Shown one piece after another: positions 39,883 to 50,070 of a DNA stretch of 64,000 nt (the stretch's first letter is position 1; each line of letters opens with the position of its first letter). The stretch spans positions 620,001-684,000 of the forward strand of contig CDPCPM010000247.1 in the NCBI GenBank assembly GCA_976551045.1, given 5' to 3'. The translations under genes and the position numbers were made by a program. The stretch is from Glaucostegus cemiculus. Its lineage: Eukaryota. The notes below the pieces were generated by a model, which worked only from the letters and a program-made list of their open reading frames with translations, had not been told where the DNA came from and ran no database searches.

Positions 39883-40794
39883 TCCTCTAAATTTTCTGAC
39901 ATTCTTCACATCGTGACCAACATTCCAGTGTACCTGTAACCAGAATACCCGTGATGTCACAGTCTTTCTGTGGTTCAATTGCTCAGAACAAAAAAAAACT
40001 AGGAGATGTAATTTGGCAGTGGTACAGAGTTGGATTGGGATAAAGCAAGTGAATGCATTATACTCAGTCACCCCATGGAGAAACTTCTCTGAGCAAACTT
40101 AATCACAGCACAAATGGATAATTTAAACACAGACACTGTGGACAATGACAAAACGTTTGTCTTAATTGATTTATTTTCAAGAACATGCACAAAATTCCCT
40201 TTTCCAGGAAGCACTAAATGAATCAATTTAGCAGCTAAAAAATAGAAAGCTCCAGCTAAAGTTCACTTTGTAAACAACTAATACTTCTCCAGGGACTAAT
40301 CACTAGCCAGTCTGCAAATATTTAGTCTCATTCCTTCATATCATTGTTAATTCACAGGGTGCACACAGTTAATGAGGAATGGAATGTACCCCACCTCTCT
40401 TTCCCACCGTATCACTCTCTTCATCTTTGTCATCTGTACACAATGTCTCAGATTCTCCAGTGTTATCGCAATACAGTGAAAAAAGAAGTGGTGGGGGTGG
40501 GGTGAAAGCAGAAACAATGTTAGGTCAGCACTCAGTGCCAGGCTATTTAGGATGAATTATGTTTGCAATTCAGTTTAATATTTAACACAGACCTCTCTTC
40601 CTGCCTTAGAATTTAAGTACTTCACAGACACAATCTAATCTGCTAGAGAAGTGGCTTCCGACAGCCTCTTTTGATACTACTAAGTAATTATTTCTTCCCT
40701 CCTCAGTTGCTAACAAGCCAGCTGTTTATCCCAGGATCATTAACATGTCCTTCTACAGCTAGGATTCCCATTACTGACCTGACTCCTTTTATAA

Positions 40795-40903
40795 CATCAC
40801 GTCCATCTGCTACTTGCTAATTGGCTGCTGCGTTGAGGGGGTGGGCAGAGCTAGTGTGTCACTTGTCTAATACATGGTGGGTAGTTATATTCTCTCATTC
40901 AGC

Positions 40904-40939
<36 letters not shown>

Positions 40940-41052
40940 CACTCATCGACTAAAACACTAAAACTATATACAAAGTTTCTTCTACTTTGGTTTCTGCAAC
41001 TCTCAATTTATCAAAACAACTCACTCACCAAAGGAAAGGTCTCTCAGAGAGA
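40795..41052 (+). promoter_or_regulatory. Putative TIMP3 proximal promoter/5' UTR, copy A
   Basis: Inverted CCAAT box (ctaATTGGctg, 40820-40824), GT/CACCC box gggggtgggc (40837-40846), no clear TATA box, then (GA)15, directly upstream of ATG 41053. Confidence 0.6.
40906..40935 (+). repeat. (GA)15 microsatellite
   Basis: Perfect dinucleotide run. Confidence 0.95.
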
Positions 41053-41182
41053 ATGGCAGTTTCCACCACAGCAGCTTTGAGTCTGCTGCTGGCTGTGAGC
41101 AGTGTTCAGTTCAGCCAGCTAACGGAAGCTTGCACTTGCATGCCAAACCATCCTCAAGACGCTTTCTGCAGCTCTGACATAG
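41053..41182 (+). CDS. TIMP3: TIMP3 exon 1, copy A (signal peptide + mature residues 1-17)
   Basis: agagaATGg...GAC ATA G|gtaagg. Translates MAVSTTAALSLLLAVSSVQFSQLTEA/CTCMPNHPQDAFCSSDI, with the TIMP signature CxCxPxHPQxAFC. Phase 1 matches exon 2. Confidence 0.95.
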
Positions 41183-41768
41183 GTAAGGGTTCTCTTTTAT
41201 TAAAGGGCAAAGGGGAAAAGGGGTGAACGATGGTGAACATGTTGGGCAATTGTTGGAAAATATAATTTCTTTTTAACCCTTGCCTGGAATGAAGTCTCCA
41301 AATTTCAACATATCCACCAGTTTTCTTAAGTAATCTGTGTCATTATAACTTGGGTCTTTCACCATTATCAGTTTTTCATTATTAAATACATGATTCTGTT
41401 GTTTCCTTTGATAAACTTTACTTCAGTCCACAATAGCTCAGCGTGATCTGTTGTAAAATGTATTCTGAACTGGTTGATATTAGGGTTAAAGATCAATTTT
41501 TCTGTTCTTTGCCTGAAGATAAGCTATAAGATTTTTCACATCTTATTACACTACAGTCAATACTGTCATTTTATTTAAAAGCTCAGCAGCACAGTAGAGG
41601 TTATGCTTTATTTTACACATTTTCAGCCAGAAAGAAACCATCCTCCCAAACTCTAAGGCAAATAAGTAAAACTTCTCTTTAATGAGCTTCAAGATTAGTG
41701 GGCTTCTTCACTAATAAATTTGATCTCTTTGGAGTGGAATATTCTGGAACAATCATACTAAAGATACA

Positions 41769-42252
41769 AGAGACACAAGACACTGTAAACCAGAGCAACA
41801 CATAAGACACTGGAGGAAATCAACGGGTCAGTCAGCATCTAAGGAGGGAAATGGACAGTTGACGTTTCAGGTCCAGACCCTTCATCTGGACTGAAAGTTA
41901 GAGAGGAGATAGCCAGTATAAGGTGGTGAAGAGAAGGGCTGGAGCAAGAGCTAGCAGGCAATTGGTGGAGCAGGAGCTAGCAGGCAATTGGTAGATCCAG
42001 GTGAGGAGGGGTGATAGGCAGTTGAGGGAGAATGGAAATGGTGCGAGAAACTGAGAGGAAGATAGGTGGATCCTCACCTGGATACACCTATCACCTGCTC
42101 ACCCTTACTCTACCCATTCCCTCCACCTTTTTATATTGGCCATCTCCTCTCTACCTTTAGTGAGGATGAAGGATCTTGACACAAAATGTCGATTCTCTAT
42201 TTCCTTCCATAGATGCTGCCTGACCTGCTGAGTTCCAGCAGCATCTTGTCTG
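41769..42252. mobile_element. Penelope-like fold-back insertion with target-site duplication
   Basis: The two halves are imperfect inverted repeats. Flanked by atactaaagataca (41755-41768) and atactaaaggtaca (42253-42266). Absent from the paralogous site in unit B (44864-44877). Confidence 0.8.
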
Positions 42253-43924
42253 ATACTAAAGGTACAGACAATTTCTCAAATTGTCTCAATTCCCCATACC
42301 AACAGTGAGATTGTGCACCTCTTTCCTGTTCTGTGCAGGTTTTGGAAGAAACCAAATATTGTTCAGTAAGAATTGAACCGTTGGGTGCAGCCTTAGACAC
42401 ATGTTGGAGCAATCTATTCTTTTAGAGAGAAAATTGTACTGCACTTGTACTACACTCCAGCAAGGTTTCAACCCCACACCTACTGTATGCCTTGGACTTG
42501 AATATGCAACAAGAAAACGCACAACAACTTTAATCCATATGGAGAGGATCCAAACATGGAATTGATAAATTTCAATTGAACATTCCGAGAGGAAGAGAAT
42601 AGGAAGGATACAGAAATTTATTAATACTCTGAACTCCAGCGGCACCAGGCATAGGGTTAAAAGCTACTGTCTATTTTCCAATATACAACTGATACTGAAT
42701 TGGTCCAGAGAAGTTCAGCTTATTAATGTTCAAACCACAAGGCAGTAACTGGTTAATCTGCCTGGTCTGGCGATTCAGGGAAATGTTTAAGGTCTTTAGT
42801 TGTATTTGACAAACAGCTGGAAGATCTCTTGGTAATTGACCAACATTCTTTCCTTGAACACACCTAAAACAAAACAAAGTTAACTGAGCATTTCTGTCAT
42901 TTGGGGAGCTAACTGAAGGCAAGTTGGGTCCCATACTAGCGACAAAGCAACAATGACTATCCTGCTAAAACATCATTGAATTCCACCTTTTTCCTAGACC
43001 TCATTGGCTTCCTCTTGGTTCCTATCCAATACCCTATGAGCTGTTTGCTTCCACCAACTGTGTACTTGAGAGCTGCCTTGAGTTGCTCAGCTGGGAAATT
43101 TTACTGACTCTCTGCCTGCAACTAACCTTTAACATGCTATTATGCAGGATGCTGCTGAAAATCACTGGATTGTCTGTTAAATGTGCTGTTAAATCTCTAA
43201 CATGAGGTATATGAAAGAACATGACTGCAGACTAAGCATAGTAGGATTCACCGACGTGGACATTCTTAATTTGTAAGAGCCAACAACCTTGTTCTAAAGT
43301 GAACAGGCAACTATTGTTTATAGCTTTGTTTTAAGGGGTTGAACCCTGCATAAAATTGTGGACCTTTGTGCACAACTGTGGCAATGTGCTGAAGTGAAGC
43401 TCTGCAAACTTCCTGAGACCCATGCAGTCTAATTCGCCATGCCATGTGCTAATGCTCGATTTTTAATTCTGAACAGCAAATATTATTAACATAGCTATTG
43501 AATATTATTGTCCTCTATCTTCTCTCATTAAGTCTTTGTTCAGAGGGTTAAATGTGCTCTTGAAGAGAGGTGAGTGAAGACTTCAAACGCAAATGCATGA
43601 ATCCAAAAATGAAATGTAAGCTAGTGCAACTGAAAGAGTTAATAATGTCAAAATTTCATTTGACCAAACACATTACCTCCCACGGAGATCAATGAGAGGA
43701 TCTGTCTCACAGATATCCTCCCAACAGTGCCTGATGTCAGGCTACTGTCTATGTTGGAAACCACATGTGTTCCCCAACCCATGAAACCCCAAGGAAACTT
43801 CTAAGTGACTTCTGTCAGCATAAGTTGGTTACTTCTTAACTCCTATTGTTCTCCTCATGCCTTTCCACCCAACCCCCCCCACCCAATAAAACCCTATAGA
43901 GGGCAAGGAGGGAGAAGTGGGTTG

Positions 43925-44033
43925 CATCATGTCCATCTGCTACTTGCTAATTGGCTGCTACATTGAGGGGGTGGGCAGAGCTATTGTGTCACTTGTCTAA
44001 TAAATGGTGCGTAGTCATAGTCTCTCATTCAGC

Positions 44034-44069
<36 letters not shown>

Positions 44070-44168
44070 GATCAATCATCGACTAAAGCAGTACAGAAAG
44101 GTTCTCCTACATAGGTTTCCGCAACTCTCAATTTACTCGCTTTCCAAAGGAAAGGTCTCTCAGAGAGA
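43925..44168 (+). promoter_or_regulatory. Putative TIMP3 proximal promoter/5' UTR, copy B
   Basis: Inverted CCAAT (43950-43954) and gggggtgggc (43967-43976) identical to copy A; (GA)15 at 44036-44065. Confidence 0.55.
44036..44065 (+). repeat. (GA)15 microsatellite
   Basis: Perfect dinucleotide run. Confidence 0.95.
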
Positions 44169-44298
44169 ATGGCAGTTTCCACCACAGTGGCTTTGAGTCT
44201 GCTGCTGGCTGTGAGCAGTGTGCAGTTCAGCCAGCTAACAGAAGCTTGCTCTTGCATGCCAAGCCATCCTCAACACGCCTTCTGTAACTCTGAAGTAG
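44169..44298 (+). CDS. TIMP3: TIMP3 exon 1, copy B (intact duplicated alternative first exon)
   Basis: agagaATGg...GAA GTA G|gtaagg. Translates MAVSTTVALSLLLAVSSVQFSQLTEA/CSCMPSHPQHAFCNSEV, 130 nt with no stop or indel and a phase 1 donor. Expression is unproven. Confidence 0.85.
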
Positions 44299-47200
44299 GT
44301 AAGGATTCTCTTTTATTAAAGGGTGAAAGGAAAAAGGGGTGAACAATGGCAAACACGTTGGGTATGTCTAAGGAAATATAGAGGTTCTTTATAACCATGG
44401 CATAGAATGAAATCTCTGAATTTCAACAATATTCACCAGTTTTTTTATATGTCAATATAACTTGGGTCTTTCACCATTATCAGTTTTCATTGTTAAAAGA
44501 CATGATTCTGTTGTTTCCTTTGATAAACTTTGCTTCAGTCAACAATAGCTCAATATGAACTATTGTAAAATGTAACCTGAACGAGTTGATATTGGGATTA
44601 AAGATCAATTTTTCTGTTCTTTGCCTGAAGATGAGTTGTAAGATTTTGCACATATCTTATTACACTACAATAAATACTGTCATTTTATTTAAAAGCTCAG
44701 CAGCACAGTGGAAGGTATTGCGTTTTTACACATTTACAGCCAGAAAGAAACCATCCTCCCGAACTCTGGGCAAATAAGTAAAGCTTCTCTTTAATGAGCT
44801 TCAGGATTAATGGGCCTTTTCACTGGTATATTTGACCTCTGTAGAGTGGTATGTGGAACAATCATACTGAAGATACTGACAGTTTTGTTAAATATCCTGC
44901 TGAAACATGATTGAATTGCACCTTTTTCCCCAGACCTCAATGGCTTCCTCTTAGTTCCCATCCAATACACTCTGAGCTGTCTGCTTCCACCAACTGTGTA
45001 CTCTAGAGCTGCTTTAAATTGCTCATCTGGGATATTTTACTGACTCTCTGCCTGCAATTAATCTTTCACATCAATAATAACATTTGAGATTAGGAATTTG
45101 AAGGGGATGTGCAGTCATGTTATAATGCAGGATGCTGCTGAAAATCACTGGATTGACTGTTAGATGTACTGTTAAATCTCTAATGTAAGGTAAATAAAAG
45201 AGCATGACTGTGGACTAAGCATAGTAGGATTCACCTACACATGAACATTCTTAGTTTGTAAAAGCCAACAACCTTGTTCTTAAGTGAACAGGTCACCATC
45301 GTTCATAGCTTTGTTTTAAGGGGTTGAACCCAGCATAAAATTGTAGACCTTTGTGCACAATTATCAGTCGCTCCCCATTGTTTATTCTGAAACACAACTC
45401 TGCCCACCCACCCTATCTCATCTCACTACCACACTGTGGCTGCATTGCTAATTCTTTACAGGATGTCCTGGATCAATTGGCCAAGGGCACCCAGCCCTTC
45501 ACAACAGCAGCAGATCTAAGTGCTGGCACCTCCTTTTGTCTTTACCCTGCCAAGCATTGTTGTCTTAGCCTCCATGCACTGTGGGTCTCCTGCCAATCCC
45601 CTGCTCCTGCATCTCTAACCCAACCCCAGCAGAAGATGATGCAAAGAAATGTATGTCAGGCTCAGTTAAGTACATGGATCTCGAACCAGAGTTGTCCAAG
45701 GTGTGTTTTCCCCAATTCATTTTGCTCTCCTCACTCCAAATTAAAATCTAACTTAATTGCATGAGAAGTCATCCTTAGTTGACATGGCAAAAACATGCCA
45801 TATGGCAGTGGTTGCATCTTTTTGTTTTTTTTCTCCATTTCTTCCTTCATGATCTTCTAATCCTGCCTAATCCGTGGATACTTATTTTGTGCACTGCCCT
45901 CCTTCCATTAACAGCCCAATATTTTGCTACCCAGAGATAGTGGAGGTGGAACAGCATTCTCCGGGGGACCATTGTTGTTCTCTTCCCAGCGCTACGAAGA
46001 ACTTGACTGAGCATCCTACTGTAGCAATGTAGCTGAGGTGAAGCTCTGCAAATTTCCTGAGACCCAAATAATCTAATGTACCATGTCATATGCTAATGCT
46101 CAATTTTTAATTCAGCCAGTTCCAGAGTCTGGCTATTGCAGCGCACCAAGTACTATTTACATGCTTATTGAATATTATTGTCCTTCTCTTCTTTCTCTCA
46201 CATAGTCTTTGTTCAGAGAGAACAACTGGGTCAAGACTACAAACATAAATGCACGTACCCAAAAATAAAATGTAAGCTAATGCAACTGAAGGAGTTAATA
46301 ATGTCAAAATTTTCATTTGACAAAACACATTACCTCCTACGGAGATCAGTGAGAGGATCTGTCTCACAGATCTCCTCCCAACAGTACCTGATGTTAGGCT
46401 ACTGTCTACATTGGACACCACATGTGTCCCCCAACCCATGAAACCCCAAGGAAACTTCTAAATGACTTCTGTCGGCATGTGTTAGTTATTTCTTAACTTC
46501 TATTGTTCTCCCATGCCCTTCTACCCACCCTATGGAAGGCAAGGAGGAGGGAGAGGTGCATTGCAGATTATTGTGGCTGTGGAATCAGAACATGAAGCTA
46601 GTATTTTTTTATGTAAGAGCAATCAGGCTGGACAAGGTTTTGGCAAGTCACTTAAAAGTCAGCTTTAACTGCTGCATCATTGAAATGAGTTTCTACACAC
46701 AGAATTCCCACTGTGTTGTCAACTGTCCATCTCTTTGAAGTTATTTATTGTATATGAAAAGAAAAATGACTGATCATTACTCTGCACTAGAGCACAAACT
46801 TGGTTATAATTTGCTTCTTTCAGGTTTTTTTTAATCTTTGATATGAGGGGATTTATTAAATTACAGCTAGTATAACAGGAAGCTTCTAGGATAATTTTCT
46901 TGTGGGTTTCCCTATGATTAATTTTCCATTATATTATTTAACAGAGTTGACCTCTAAGGGGGATAAATATCAAAACATAACAGCTTAAACACCACTGGTT
47001 GAAAGCATTTCAAAAGTGCAACAAAGCTTAGAGTTTTGCTCAAGTTAGCAGAATCAGGCTTGATTCAAGGTTTTTGATATTGTCTGAGCATTATAAATCA
47101 CTGTATTGCCCAGTGTATTACCACACTGGAAGGCAATTTGATCTACTCTTTCTTCTCTGAGTCACAGGTGCTCTCACACAACTGCAAATGTGCTTTAAGT

Positions 47201-49739
47201 CAAAAAGGTAATGAACGTCTAGTACATTTATGGAAGCAGTTTTGGTAATACTGACCAGCTATAAAGCCATGTGTATTCTTAATGTAACTGATGAGTGCTA
47301 TGGGCCACAAATAGTTACAGGAATACTAAACTCAGAATTTCTTATTGTTCAATACTGCCAAGAAATTCATATTGCTTGCATTAGGTTTGTGACTTGCAAG
47401 TTAAACTGTGATGTTGACAATACCACAATAAACATATTCAAATAGTTTGTCAGCTACCTTCTGGTATCTCTGTTGGCAGAGGAAAGGGAAGCTCCCAATG
47501 CTTTAAAATAATCCACATCATTTATTTAAAATTTTTGAAGTTCAGGGTGTGCAGCGTAAGTGAAAAGGCGGAAACGGCAATAGTTATTGTCAGTTGTGTG
47601 GCGTGTAAGCGCTGGAGCAGCATACTGAGAGGCTCTGAAAAGCCATTTGTCCTGATCTGTGACTTGGGTAACCAAACTGTCTGAGATAACCTGAGGCATA
47701 TTGAATGAAGAGGGCCCAAATAATGAAAGACTGGGATCAAATAAAAACAGAGATCAAAGAAAATCAAAGTCTGAGCCAAGGACTAAAGGAAGCAGACTAG
47801 AGCTGGGAAGCATTATGTCTGTTCTCATAATGCTGCTGCTTGAATTTGGATTTTGGATGGTTGCTGCCCACCACCCCAGGCTTTCACATTAAATCCAGCT
47901 TCTTTTACCAGCAACAGACTCATGCCACAAAATCTGGATTGCTGGTGCTGCTATTGAATTAAAATAATCGCCCTACAAAGTTTAACTCATTTTTATTGGA
48001 AATGTGTTGCCAAGGGCACCTTTTTTTTAACCAGCATGTTATCAGTAAAGACACCACCAGGCCATAAGAACTGTCTTGTAATAAAGTTAGACTTTTGAAA
48101 ACATTGTAAGATGGCCAAATGGCCTCCTTTATTTCCACCTACTGTATGAATGCAAGGAAATATCCATGGGCTGACAGAGAACATGCAACCCTGATGGGTA
48201 ATGCACCACCTCAGGACTCCATTTTCATTGCTTAGAAATGACTCGTGGAAAGCAGAACCCAGAACTGAGTGCAATTTGCTTGCAGTGCAGTTGGAGTTCG
48301 GTGCTTAGTGATATGTTCTGCTTCCTTGCATTCACAAGCTCTTGCCATTCTCCACACAAATGGCAGCAATGCTGAGTTTTTACTACTCAAGATGGTGTGC
48401 AACTAGTTAGTTTTAACACTCTGCAGAAGTATTTCCTGCAATGAACTATATTCTAGTGGTTTTACAAAGTTTGAATAACATGATTACTCATTTTTTTATT
48501 TCTCATGCATGTATTTTTTGGTCCACTCAAGGTCCTGACCAAACTTACATCGTAACTCCCTTATTCTCCTACTTCTTTTGGGAACTGCCCCTTCTCCGGC
48601 CTGCTTCATATCCATTTGTAATGCATGGAAACTTTCAAGATAGAAGTGGGACTTGGCAGTTGAGAAAAATCACAGCACAGGAGGTAGAGGTGGGAACACA
48701 TCCAGATTTTACCCATTTAAACTGGAATTCGTCTATGCTTCCCAAATAGGTGAGGTTGGTGTGAATGGTGAATGACTGTGGACAAACAGAAGTACTGGGG
48801 AGATGTTTCAATGCTCCATGGAGGGGGAAGAGCACCAAGCCACAAATCAGCACAGCATGATAGGGTCTATGAGAGAGAACCATGAATTAACATCACTGTG
48901 ATCCTAAAACAGATTCATTGCCCACATCGTGCTGTTAATTCCTGATTAAAAATAAATCATGAATTCTATTTATGGAAGGCATTTGATATTCTGTTCTGCA
49001 CCACTTCTGGAGTGCCCAAATGATGTATATTTTTCAGAGTACCTTTGAGATATTGCCACAGTATACCTCCTCCTCTGAATGGAACACAAGGACTGGGGCA
49101 GCACAAGTTTCAAGGAAGGTGTGACTAATGGCACCAAAACTCCATCTCCACAATAATTAAATAGCAAGGAGACAAATCACCACCCTCTCCCCTCACCCCT
49201 ATCTCCAGTCCAAACCAATCCTGGAGGAGGAGAACACCAACTTGCACTATATATTTAACTGTACAGGATCTTGCCATATTAAAACTTATCCGGCCAACTT
49301 CATATACTTTGCCAAAAGTCTGTCTTCCTGAACTTTGCACATAGCCTTTAATTCTGAAGTACAACTGGTCCCCAAGTATGTTGCAAACCCACAGGGCCAC
49401 AGGACATCTCACCTGCACTCCAGTTCTGTAACAGATTGTGCGGTGCTGGAACTATCAGTTACGTTACAGTGTCCAGATGCTCATTCTCAATATTCAAACT
49501 GTCCTTCAGCATCACAACTACTAGGAACTGTGACACTGTATATTCCAGGAGGGACAGACCATAACTTAGATTTAAATTTGCAGGAAGCAAGTGTTAGTTT
49601 CCAATTCACAGCAAGTACGCAGGGAGGGCAAATTCAAGTTGCATGCACAGACCCAGGATGTTTTGGCTCTTAACCCGGAAATGCATTTTGCTGATCAGCT
49701 GCTCAGCCAAAATTTGTGGAAGAGTGGCACAGTTCCAGA

Positions 49740-50070
49740 AGTCTGGATTCAATCTTGACATTTAGTGCTGTCTGTGTGGAGTTTGCATGTTCTACCTGTG
49801 ACCATGTAGGTTTCCTCCAGGTGCTCCATTTTCATTGCACATCCCAAAGATGAGCTGGTTGGTAGGTTAATTGGCCACTGTAAATTGCCTCTAGCATTCA
49901 GGTTGAGTGGTAGAACCTGGGATGGAAGGGGGGTGGGGGTGGGGAGGATGGGTTGAGGGGAGTTGATGGTAATATGGGAAGAATACAGTGGCTGGGTATA
50001 AATGGACAATTGATGGTTGGTATGAACCCAGTGAACTGAAGGACCTCTCTCCATGCTGTACCACTCTATT
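49740..50070 (+). mobile_element. Older V-SINE copy
   Basis: tgtctgtgtggagtttgcatgttctacctgtgaccatgtaggtttctccaggtgctcc...ggtaggttaattggccactgtaaattgcc, followed by a CR1-like tail. Confidence 0.65.

Larger units (their letters stand above)
40795..43926 (+). repeat. Tandem segmental duplication unit A (TIMP3 promoter + exon 1 + 5' part of intron 1)
   Basis: Collinear with 43925-46565 from catcacgtccatctgctacttgctaattggc to ...ggagggagaagtgggttgca, apart from indels. Confidence 0.93.
43925..46565 (+). repeat. Tandem segmental duplication unit B
   Basis: Starts catcatgtccatctgctacttgctaattggc and ends ...ggagggagaggtgcattgca; collinear with unit A. Confidence 0.93.

Noticed and set aside
40795-46565. 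Duplication as an uncollapsed-haplotype assembly artefact
   Set aside because: About 9% CDS divergence, a unit-specific TE insertion with TSD, reciprocal 0.7-kb indels and a gap-free junction are too much for alleles.
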